Source: Octopus vulgaris (Eukaryota). From it: a stretch of DNA of 64,000 bases. Under the pieces are notes generated by a model, which ran no database searches, was not told the DNA's origin, and saw nothing but the letters and a program-made list of their open reading frames with translations. This document shows positions 53,674 through 64,000 of this stretch, piece after piece. Location of the stretch: assembly GCA_951406725.2 (NCBI GenBank), contig OX597816.1:6696001-6760000 (forward strand), given 5' to 3'. The position numbers and the translations under genes are program-made. Position 1 is the stretch's first letter. Every line of letters starts with the position of its first letter.

Positions 53674-53772
53674 GGAGACAGAAACAGACAGGCAGACAGA
53701 CACCCAGCTAGAGAGAGAAAAAAATCATATATATATATAAAGAGAGAGACGTCATAAGCCAACAGGTTTTAC

Positions 53773-53829
53773 GATCTGATGAAATGCTGTAAAACTAAGC
53801 GCTTTACAGACGCGAAACCTAGGGTAACC
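53773..53829 (+). ncRNA. hammerhead-like motif with intact core boxes
   Basis: CTGATGA..ctgtaaa(actaagcgc)tttacag..GAAA-cctagg-GTA; stem I is imperfect. Confidence 0.5.
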
Positions 53830-53872
53830 ACTTAGGCCGGCTACATCTACCTTTAACTATCTATCTCCCTCA

Positions 53873-53959
<87 letters not shown>

Positions 53960-53970
53960 CTTTTGGATGT

Positions 53971-54420
53971 GGAGGCGCATCCAGTGGTTAGGGCAGCGGA
54001 CTCGCGGTCGTAGGATCGTGTCTCAGACGAGGCTCCGGCGGAGGGGGGGGTAAACCCTGCTGTACTCTTTCACCACAACTTTCTCTCATTCTTTCTTCCT
54101 GTTTCTGTTATACCTGTATTTCAAAAGGCCAGCCTTATCACACTCTGTATCATGATGACTCTCCCCAAGAACTACATTAAGGGTAAACGTGTCTGTGGAG
54201 TGCTCAGCCACTTGCACGTTAATAAATGAGCTGCGACGTCACTGGTGCCAAGCTGTATCGGCCCCTTTGCCTTTCCCTTGGACAACATCAGTGGCATGGA
54301 GAGAGGAGACTGGTATGCATGGGAGACTGCTGGTCTTCCATAAACAACCTTGCCCAGACTTGTACCTCGGAGGGTAACTTTCTAGGTGCAATCCCATGGT
54401 CATTCATGACGGAGGTCGGG
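53971..54420 (+). mobile_element. tRNA(Arg)-like SINE family C
   Basis: ggaggcgca..cagtggttagggcagcggactcgcggtcgtaggatcg head, related to 39605-39725; 3' extent uncertain. Confidence 0.6.
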
Positions 54421-54540
54421 TCACAACTTTTAGAAAGTCCGTGGGCGGAATATCTTCTTTTCGTTTTTATATTTAAATGTTCTGTCTGGACGTTTTTTTT
54501 CTAAAGAAATGTATGTTTATATAAATTGTCATCCACTCAT

Positions 54541-54607
<67 letters not shown>

Positions 54608-54743
54608 TGCATGTGTGTGTATTTGTATGTGTGTATATCTACGTGTGTGTATGAGTATGTATTTAAATAAGTAGTCTTCTGCATGTCATTATGTATTTGT
54701 ATTCTTTTATTCGGTCATGCTGGAGATTACATAGACTCTACTG

Positions 54744-54826
<83 letters not shown>

Positions 54827-54906
54827 GGCTTGCGTTTATTATGTGTATATCCATCTATTGATCCGTTTTAAACTTCTTGTTGTTATTATTATTATTATTA
54901 TTATTA

Positions 54907-54940
<34 letters not shown>

Positions 54941-54995
54941 TACTACTACTACTACGATTATTATTATTAGTTCCCCATCAGAGAAACCAATTTCC

Positions 54996-55299
54996 GTTGC
55001 TTAGTAACCGGCTGCTTATTGTAGACAAGCCGCGTTTTGTCCGTTTATTGACTGTAACCATGGTGACGGTTTATTCTCGAACCCATATCGATCTCTGCAA
55101 TTATTATGTTAACACACGCTCACATGCACACCATACACACATACACACTGTACACACTGACAAGCGCATACACATATGCACACCGCAGACACACACGCAC
55201 ACACATACTCATTTAAATCCATACAGACTGACACACACGTACATTCATAAGCGAATGAATTGTGGGCGTTGAATGATGATATATCGTTGCTTGGTAAAC
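54996..55299. promoter_or_regulatory. cluster of three RFX X-box-like motifs
   Basis: GTTGCTTAGTAAC (54996), GTAACCATGGTGAC (55054), GTTGCTTGGTAAAC (55286). Confidence 0.4.
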
Positions 55300-55494
55300 G
55301 ACATATCGATTTTATATATGTACGACTGCCGCCGACGGCAAAAGCAAAATGCTAAAAACCTGTTGAAGAGGCCGGCGTGAGATATGAAACCTCAATACCT
55401 CAATACTACAATAACCTCAACACAGAACAGCCTTTATTAACATTTCATACAAGCTTTTTAGTCGAAATTCTAATAATCTTTTATGTCATTTTAT

Positions 55495-55940
55495 GGCGAT
55501 GAGATGCCAAAACCGTTAGCATGCTAAGCTAAACATTTTTACGTTGTGAGATCAAATTCTGCCTCGGTCGATTTTGCACTTCATCCTCGGAAGGTCGATA
55601 AAATAAGTACCTATTTCTTTACTACGCACAAGGGGCTAAACACAGAGAGGACAAACAAGGACAGACAAACGGATTAAGTCGATTAAATCGACCCCAGTGC
55701 GTAACTGGTACTTATTTAATCGACCCCGAAAGGATGAAAGGCAAAGTCGACCTCGGCGGAATTTGAACTCATAACATAGCGGCAGACGAAATACGGCTAA
55801 GCATTTCGCCCGGCGTGCTAACGTTTCTGCCAGCTCGCCTCCTTTCGATAAAATAAGTACCAGTTGAGCACTGGGGTCGATGTAATCGACTTACCCACTC
55901 CCACCGAAATTGCTGGCCTTGTGCCGAAAATTTGAAACCG
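55495..55940. mobile_element. young SINE-B (minus, 55612-55840) nested in an older SINE-B (plus)
   Basis: 17-bp TSD tcgataaaataagtacc at 55595 and 55845. Confidence 0.88.
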
Positions 55941-56016
55941 ATAATGTTTACATCTTTTGCTTTTCCATTTCTCCATCTGAACAACATCGAAATTCTTTTT
56001 CTGATTGGCAATATGT

Positions 56017-56480
56017 TTAAGAAGCTCGCTTTGCAGCCGTATAGTTTCGGGTTCAGTTCCACTGTACGGCACTTTCGACAAGTGTCTTCTACAATAGCCC
56101 CGGATTGAGCAATGCTTTGTGAATGAATTTGGTAGACGTGTGTGCGCGCGCATGCGTATTTGTATCCCCTCCACCGCTCGGCAGCTGGTATTGGTTAGTG
56201 TGCGTCTCTGCGAATCAGCAATCCGGCAAAAGAAACCTTATGGATTAAGGACCAAGCTTGATAATCCTTTCAAATTTTTGTCACAGGGACAGCTTGTGGG
56301 AGGTGGGGATGAGTCGATTACATCGACGCCAGTGTTCAACTGGTCCTTATTTTATCGATCCCGAAAGGATGAAAAGCAAAGTCGACCTCAGCGGAATTTG
56401 AAATAAAAACGTAGCAACGGGCGAAATAACGCTAAGCATTTTGAAGGTGGTGCCCCAGCATGACCGCAGCCCATTGACTG
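56017..56480. mobile_element. diverged SINE-A (plus) interrupted by SINE-B (minus, ~56270-56440)
   Basis: The A head and A tail (ggtggtgccccagcatgaccgcag) flank a B core. Confidence 0.7.
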
Positions 56481-56687
56481 TTACAGTTCTATATTTAAGA
56501 GATGTGTTGACTGTGGAAAGTGGTTTCATATTGAAGCATAAAAAAAAAATCTTCATCCTCCTTCCTCAGCTTTCTTTTTCTTCTTCTGTTTAAGGCCATT
56601 CAACTACAATGGTAGTTTTCACTTCTTTTCCTCTCTGATTCAGTCTGTTCCTGACTCTCCTACCAACCAGATACAATTCTTCAGATA

Positions 56688-57081
56688 TCTTTATATATAA
56701 AACTAAAGTTGTGTGTCTGTCTCCTACGATTTAGATTCCTAACTACTCCCACATTTTGCGGTGCAGTTTAACCAAAACCGGGTATCTTATAGTCGTGATT
56801 CATATCGAGCCCTTCTGGGTATTAGCGCGCGTCTGCGATGAGTCTACGATTTAAAAAAAAAATTACCATCATTTTTTCCATTTTAATGCATTTTTTCGCT
56901 ATTATATAAGGGAAGTAACTCTCTAAAAATGTCTACGATGAATCAACGATTTAAAAAAAAATTTACTATCATTTTTTTTCCATTTTTAATGCATTTTTTT
57001 TTTTTTTTGCTATAACTCTCTAAAAATGCTTATATAGTTATTTCCCTTACAAACCTGAGCAACGCCGGGCGATACTGCTAG
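56688..57081 (+). mobile_element. non-autonomous Helitron
   Basis: A|TC..cctg(agcaacgc)cggg..CTAG|T; same family as 47384. Confidence 0.88.
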
Positions 57082-57102
57082 TTTTTTATACTCAACCTAC
57101 CC

Positions 57103-57765
57103 ATGGAGCCGCCATAAAAGAAAAAACGAAGAAAATACGAAACAAGTTTTAAACTTGAGAGTTATTGAAGTTACCAAGGCATCTAACAACTGTGCTGCAG
57201 CGAAAACATTTGATGTGACTGAGAAGAAGGATTAGATATTGGGGAAAGAATGAAGATAATTTAAGAAACGTGCCAAAACTGAAATATGCAATGGGAAGAG
57301 GAAGCCGGCGTTGGCCAGAGTTGGAAGATCAGGTTTGCAAGTGGGTACTTGAACTGGGACATGATGGATACATGGTAACACGAAATAGAATAAGATCATA
57401 GGCATTAAAATGGGCAAAAGCCAACCAAGACGAAGGCCGGAACTTTAAAGCAACAGTAGGCTGGTGCGGTCGTTTCGTGAATAGAAAGAATCTTGTGATA
57501 CGAACAAAAACGAAAATCGCTCAAAAGCTACCAAGAGACTTTGACTGTAAAGTTACCAGTTTTCATCGATTTATTGTTGGAATGAGGCAAAGACGTCAGC
57601 TTTCCTATGTCATGTATCGAAAACATGGATGAGACCCCATTAAACTTTGACATGATGGGTGACAGAACTGTTGACATGAAAGGCGCAAAAACCGTGCATG
57701 TTAGAGGCATGGGTCATGAAAAGACAAGGTTTGCGGTCGTATTATCGTGCATGGCTAACGGAACT
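57103..57765 (+). pseudogene. pogo-superfamily (POGK/Passer-like) transposase relic
   Basis: NNCAAAKTFDV (Brinker-like DBD), RWPELEDQVCKWV..FKATVGWCGRFVNRKNL (CENP-B HTH), NMDETPLNFDM..GHEKTRFAVVLSCMANG (DDE start); stop and frameshifts. Confidence 0.88.
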
Positions 57766-57965
57766 GAAACCCATGATAGGATGATATGCTGCATGAGAGT
57801 GAAGATGAAACCGAAGTCGACTCACCGGATTCTGAGACCCTTACGATGAAACTGTAAATGACGATTTGTTTGACGAACTTTTGGGGGTCAAATGATGATG
57901 ATTGTAGCAATTTTTAAGGATTAAATGTTTGAAACATATCTAAATAACAATGTGTATGTAGTATA

Positions 57966-58337
57966 TTCTTTTATTCTTTTATTTGTTTCAGTCATTTGAC
58001 TGCGGCCATGCTGGAGCACCGCCTTTAGTCGAGCAAATCGACCCCAGGACTTATTCCTTGTAAGCCTAGTAGTTATTCTATCGGTCTCTTTTGCCGAACC
58101 GCTAAGTTACGGGGACTTAAACACACCAGCATCAGTTGTCAAGCGATGTGAGAGGGGGCAAATACAGACACACAAACATATACATATATACGACGGGCTT
58201 CTTTCAGTTTCCGTCTACCAAATCCACTCACAAGGCTATAGTAGAAGACACTTGCCCAAGGTGCCACGCAGTGAGACTGAACCCGGAACCATGTGGTTGG
58301 TAAGCAAGCTACTTACCACACAGCCACTCCTACGCCT
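57966..58337 (-). mobile_element. SINE family A
   Basis: Reverse complement of the family A sequence with a short internal deletion. Confidence 0.92.
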
Positions 58338-58648
58338 ATGTGTTTAATTTTTTTGTATCATTTTTATTAAAATTGATATTGTTAGTGAAACATGTCTTTT
58401 AAAGACTTTTTATTAAAATTCGTAATTTTAATGAGAAATAAAAGAGTTTCTGTGGATTGTAGATTTGTAGGTAATGGCAGTTCAGTTACATTATTAGTGT
58501 TGTATATTAATGTGAATTGTTTTAAATACAAATACTTACATCGGTAGTTACTGCCCAGAGGCTGTCGTCGGTATTAAATTAAGGTTAGGCCTGGTTTCCT
58601 GTACAAATACACCACAAGATGTAAGGTTCGCTTTATGTTACTGTTATA

Positions 58649-59059
58649 GGCGCAGGAGTGGCTGTGTGGTAAGTAGCTTGCTAACCAACCACATGGTTCC
58701 GGGTTCAGTCCCACTGCGTGGCATCTTGGGCAAGTGTCTTCTGCTATAGCTCCGGGCCGACCAATGACTTGTGAGTGGATTTGGTAGACGGAAACTGAAA
58801 GAAGCCTGTCGTATATATGTATATATATATATATGTATGTGTGTATATGTTTGTGTGTCTGTGTTTGTCCCCCCTAGCATTGCTTGACAACCGATGTTGT
58901 GTGTTTACGTCCCCGTCACTTAGCGGTTCGGCAAAAGAGACCGATAGAATAAGTACTGGGCTTACAAAGAATAAGTCCCGGGGTCGATTTGCTCGACTAA
59001 AGGCGGTGCTCCAGCATGGCCGCAGTCAAATGACTGAAACAAGTAAAAGAGTAAAAGAG
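58649..59059 (+). mobile_element. SINE family A, full-length reference copy (tRNA-like head, CORE-like motif, CR1-like tail)
   Basis: A-box tggctgtgtgg, B-box ggttcagtccc, cttgggcaagtg, internal TA/TG microsatellite, (gagtaaaa)n tail. Confidence 0.93.
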
Positions 59060-59134
59060 TATATAAGACGATCCTCAATTTTGGTGTGATTTTGGGGCTT
59101 TAAAAGGTCGTCTTTTACACCGAAATATGCGGTA
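59060..59134 (+). mobile_element. probable 3' terminus of the pogo element
   Basis: tataagacga..tcgtctttta internal inverted repeat, ending gaaatatgcgg|ta. Confidence 0.5.
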
Positions 59135-59319
59135 TGTTATATTCTTTATTTGTTTCAGTCATAAGACTGCGGTCATGCTGGGACACCGCTGTGGAGAATT
59201 GTTAGTCGAATGAATCGACCTCAATACATTTTTAATGCCTAGTACTTATTTTATCGGCCAGTCACCGAATCGCTGTTATGAGGACGTAAACAAACTAGCA
59301 CAGGTCGTCAAGTCGTGGT

Positions 59320-59375
<56 letters not shown>

Positions 59376-59491
59376 CAACAAATTAAAAAGGGTGGATTAT
59401 AGCAATTAGAACCTAAAGGCAAAATTAAAAGCCACAAACGCCGAGTGTATGTATGTGTGTGTAGGTTCGTGTGTGTGTGCGTGTGTGTGTA

Positions 59492-59530
<39 letters not shown>

Positions 59531-60762
59531 GTGTGTATGTGCGTGTGTGTGTGACGGGCTTTTTCCAGTTTCCGTTTACAAAATCCACTTACGAGGCCTC
59601 GGTCGAACCGATGTTATAGTAGAACTTGCCCAAGATGCCACGCATTGGGACTGAACCTGGTACTATGTGCTTGGGGAAGCAAGCTTCTTACTACACGCCG
59701 CACCTGCAACTATAATGGTTTTGTGTTTAGAGGGAGGGGGGGTGCGGAATGCGCAGAATCTGTGGGGGATGTCACAATCCATTGCGTCTTCAGCTGATAT
59801 TTGAAGTTTGTCAAAGATATTCACTTCTATGGTTTTTGCACTGACAAATGTGCATTCTGTAATGAAGTCTGGAACGTTCTTGAGGAGAAGATTTACGAGT
59901 TTCTCCGAGACTAACAGCACGAAGTTTGAATTGATGTCGCCATAAACCGTGGCAATAATATGATATTTAATGTTCTGGTTTGTGGCTGTGTAAAAATATA
60001 AATGAAATATAAAAACAGTAAAATTTGTACGGAAATCAAAGGAGTTCTTTGCGGCTTTGTTGAGGAACAGCAGACTCTTGGATAGAAATGGCATTAAAAT
60101 AATGTTGGAATGTTCTGGTTTAAAAAGAAATATTCGTTTCAAATTTTGGCACGAGGCCAGCCATTTCGATGAGTGCCCACTCAACTGGTATTATTCTGTC
60201 AACCCCGAAGCGACGAAAACCAAAGTTGACTACGGCGGGATTTGAACTCAGAATGTAAAGTCTGACGAAATACCACATATTGCCAAATGTTTGAGTGAAA
60301 CCATAACCCTTTCTACAATAGGTACAAGGTCTAAAATTTTTGGGGAAGCGGAAAGTCGATTACATCGACCCCAGTACTCAACGGGTACTTAATTTATCGA
60401 CCCCGAAAGGATGAAAGGTAAAGTCGACCACGGCGGAATAAGTGAAACCATAATCATGATGAAAGTGGGATTCTAATTATGATGTGATAGATCTAAGAAA
60501 GAAGATTAACTCGTTATGTATTATTTAGCAGAGCACTTAGTTTGGTAAACTTGGAATATCAGTTGCTCGTGACTCTATTACATATGGTCTCTCTCTATCT
60601 ATCTCTCTATTTATTTATCTATCTATCTATCTCTCTATTTATTTATCTATCTATCTATCTCTCTATTTATTTATCTATCTATCTATCTATCTATCTTCTC
60701 TTTAAGACACTTAACTTTTATTGCTCAGTCCACTTGTCCGTAAATAGGCATTACTTTATAAC

Positions 60763-61123
60763 AAGAGCACTCAGAGAGCGCAAACCTCCGCCAAGGCAAC
60801 ACCAACGTCCTCTCAATGATTAACCGGAGAGGAGTTTTAAGATGAGAATATCTGAAATAAACGCGACTTCTCTCACAAACGAGGATACCATAAATGAACC
60901 CGACCGCTCTCAAAACATTTTTTTAAAAAACGGAAAAGTAACCCAGAATCCTTGTCCCGTACCGGATCGATCCCAAAATCTAATCAGTTTGTGCCAGTCA
61001 CGAGGCCAAACATCCCAGAAAGTTTCATCCGAATCCATCCAACAATTCTTGAGACATCTTGTCCACAGACGAACAAACACGACTGAAAACAATACCCCCG
61101 CCTTCGCTAAGGCGGGGGTAATA
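60763..61123 (-). mobile_element. Helentron-associated non-autonomous element (HINE-like), apparently complete
   Basis: 5' hairpin tacccccgcctt(cgct)aaggcgggggta, subterminal cctccgccaagg, 3' end cttggcggaggtttgcgctctctgagtgctctt. Confidence 0.78.
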
Positions 61124-61190
61124 AAGCTAACCAATGTAAAACATTGTAGAATTAGTAGGACACAGTCTTGAATCATAAACCTTTGATATG

Positions 61191-61756
61191 TTGGGTTATC
61201 CAGAAAGTTCGTGCCGATTTTTAAAGGAAAGAAAAAGGTCAATAAATACTTGCCATTACATTTTTAATCAACCAAATACGAACCATTTTGTTGCACAATG
61301 CGTCTCCATCTTTCCTTTAACTTGAAAATACCCTCTTCCCAGAATTGAGGTGGTTTCATGGCAAAGAATTCATCAAGGTATCTTTTTACGTCATCCAAGA
61401 AATTGAAATGTTTACCATTAAGACTATTCTGCAGAAACCTGAATAAGTGGAAATCCGAAGGAGCAACATCTGGTGAATATGGAGAGCCGGGTAACACATC
61501 CCAGCCGAGCTGCAGCAATTTTTGTCTGGTTCCCAAAGCATCAAGGGCCGAAAATGAACTTTCTTATCTTCCATTTCAAAGGGTTACAGAATTAACACAG
61601 GTTATAGGAACATAAACCTTATTCCACGAAAAGATAGCTTAAACTGTGCTCTAAATGGGGGTGTGGCCAAATCCTGTTGTATGGACTCAACCATGTTCTA
61701 AAATAAGTCGAAAGGTAAGCTGCTATAAATCGGCATGAACTTTCCGGACAACCCAA
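61191..61756 (-). mobile_element. internally deleted mariner with 30-bp TIRs
   Basis: TIRs ttgggttatccagaaagttcgtgccgattt / aaatcggcatgaactttccggacaacccaa; ORF remnant with SPYSPDVAPSDFHLF. Confidence 0.92.
61264..61536 (-). pseudogene. mariner transposase C-terminal fragment
   Basis: LGWDVLPGSPYSPDVAPSDFHLFRFLQNSLNGK..GIFKLKERWRRIVQQNGSY. Confidence 0.92.
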
Positions 61757-61937
61757 TTCTTGGTAGCAAATTATGGTTGCAAAACGAAATGCAGTGTCCC
61801 AACCAGCAATGAATATACACATACCAGTTGCCAGGAATGTGTATAATATGTAAACTGGTCTATCCAATAGTGTTATGCCACTAAACTTAGTAGGTATTTG
61901 AGCAATGTGTTCATGGCTGGTTAATGGGTTGTTAATA

Positions 61938-61984
61938 TGGCGCTGACGAAAGAGCAACAACTCCTGAAATATGTATGTACACCA
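61938..61984 (+). ncRNA. degenerate minimal hammerhead motif
   Basis: tggcg-CTGACGA-aagag(caacaa)ctcct-GAAA-tatgtatg-TA-cacca. Confidence 0.55.
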
Positions 61985-62549
61985 ATTACCTATTTTTCTA
62001 TCTTTGACTGCTTTGTTTACAGAGACGACCTCGTTAACTTTTCATTTTCAGTGCTGCCTCTTAATTCTATTAATAAAAATTTGTAGGGATTCTAGAATTA
62101 ATACAGGGTTTCTGTGATTTTAGTATTTAATTCAAGTCCTACTTTAGAACTATCCCACAACATGATTTGGAATTTTTGCTGGGGTTTTCTTTTTGCTTTT
62201 TGTTGTTGTTGTTTTTTTGTTTTTTTATTATATGCTTTTTGCTTGGGGTTTTTTTGGTGCGTTTCTTTCGTTTTTATTTTGGTTGTTTGTTTTTTCAATT
62301 TCATGAAGAAAATAGTTCGACTTTAAAATATTCCAAAATATTCCTTATCTCTGATACAGGACATTGTTGTGGCTATTGTTTTTGTTGTTGTTGTTGTTGT
62401 TGTTGTTGCTGTTGTTGTTGCTGATGGTTGTGGAAGTAAGGGTGATGGTGGCGGTGGTGATACAGTTTTAGATTAAGTGAAATTGCAGATTCAGCCAAGA
62501 ATTGTATATGTATGAGTATATATATATATATATGTGTGTATGTGTGTAC

Positions 62550-62586
<37 letters not shown>

Positions 62587-62615
62587 CTTATATATATACA
62601 CATACATATATATAT

Positions 62616-62672
<57 letters not shown>

Positions 62673-62915
62673 CACGAGTACATATATATATATATATACA
62701 CATACATATAGGTAGATTGATATACACACCTATGCATTTGTACATATACACATATATGTCTGCATACATAGATACACACACATATATGCACCCATACGTA
62801 TATGCATACATACATGCATATCAGCAAAATAGTTTATATGTGTGTGTGTGTGCGTGAGTGTGTATGTGCATGAGTTCGTGTGTGTGTGTGTCTGTGTGTG
62901 TGTCTCTGTGTGTGT

Positions 62916-62956
<41 letters not shown>

Positions 62957-64000
62957 TGTGTGTGTGTGTCCGATTTTGCCGCAAACATTGGAATTCTGTA
63001 TACAGAGTGCCAAAATGAGTCTGTTTTATTGGTTTTGATGTTTTTGGTGGGGTTTTTTTACGTTTATTTTATTTTTGTCTCTTGTGATGATGAATGGTGA
63101 TTCTGGTGGGGAGCATAATTGGTGTTGACAGATTAAAAAAAAAAAAAAAGAGAGAAAAAGAGAAAAAAAAACAGAAATGAAGCAACTGAATCGAAAGTTA
63201 GCCGGTTCAATTCCATAATGGAATTTTGCCAAAACGCCGAAATGCAATTCGGAAATAAGTTCCAATGACAGTTCTCAACCATTTCTTTTGGAATGGTACT
63301 ACAGATGTGTTTATTGTTGTTTTTGTTTTTTATTTTGTTGGTTTGTTAGTAGTTATTATGTTGTTCTTTCGTTTTGATTTTGGTTTTGTTTTGTTTTTTT
63401 TTCTTTGGTTTTTTGCTTGTTTTTTTTCTCTCTCTTTTTTTCCTTCTTATTCTTCGATTGTTGCTTGTGTTCCAACCCTGAAAGCGGAATCGGACTGTTA
63501 ATTTGCAATGATGTCATCTTAGATTGAAGAGTCTCAATGGAGTCTACCACTCGACTGAGAGGTCATGAATGGGTACCCTATCACAAAAACAATAACAATA
63601 CTACTATATAAGTAGACACTTAACTCTATTGAAGAATGGGGAATGAAGTCATATGACCGGAAAAAGCCGAGGAATGCATTAACGCCCACCCCGTCACCTT
63701 CATTGATTGTGGGTACACTTTTATCCAAACCTATTATCGTAGATTTCCAAACCTATTATCGTAGAATTATCGCAAATTTCATGATAAGCTAGCAATAAGG
63801 CAAACAGCGGAACAGGATCAAATCCAGGTTAAGCTATTTAGCTATTTCTAATGTACCCACTCTCCATATCTGCAAATTTTAGCCTGTAGTCAGTCCCCCT
63901 GACGATGGGGAATAGATTTTGACAATTTAACTTATGTTCACCATGTTACATACATCGGGACCAACAGCCCTCGTATTTTCAATGTCTCGGAGAAATATAG

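Noticed and set aside
53971-54020. tRNA-Arg gene
   Set aside because: No complete cloverleaf; it continues into a SINE body.
59663-60184. 173-aa ORF
   Set aside because: Begins and ends in SINE sequence and shares a motif with 44590-44625; no recognisable domain or splice structure.

Overview
AT-rich eukaryotic non-coding DNA, almost entirely microsatellites and decayed transposons. The SINE/LINE repertoire resembles an Octopus (coleoid cephalopod) genome; this is an inference from repeat motifs. No intact host gene, exon chain, tRNA or rRNA is evident, and nearly all listed ORFs are microsatellite artefacts. Recognisable content: two abundant tRNA-derived SINE families (called A and B here) plus a third; R4/Dong LINE relics sitting in (TAA)n tracts; CR1-group and RTE LINE fragments; Penelope-like element (PLE) fragments; non-autonomous Helitrons and Helentron-type elements; mariner, Tc1/mariner-like and pogo transposase relics; and large minisatellites. 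Most notable: (1) multiple minimal hammerhead-ribozyme motifs, including an intact pair in a 1.85-kb inverted PLE structure (33724-35576) and a palindromic pair with a CCGA core (22778-22951); (2) SINE-B multimers of ~184-bp units with an invariant junction, each flanked by one target-site duplication (TSD); (3) a CR1-group LINE 3' end sharing its tail with SINE-A; (4) an orphan 123-aa ORF; (5) a cluster of RFX X-box-like motifs. Coordinates were read by eye and element edges are approximate.
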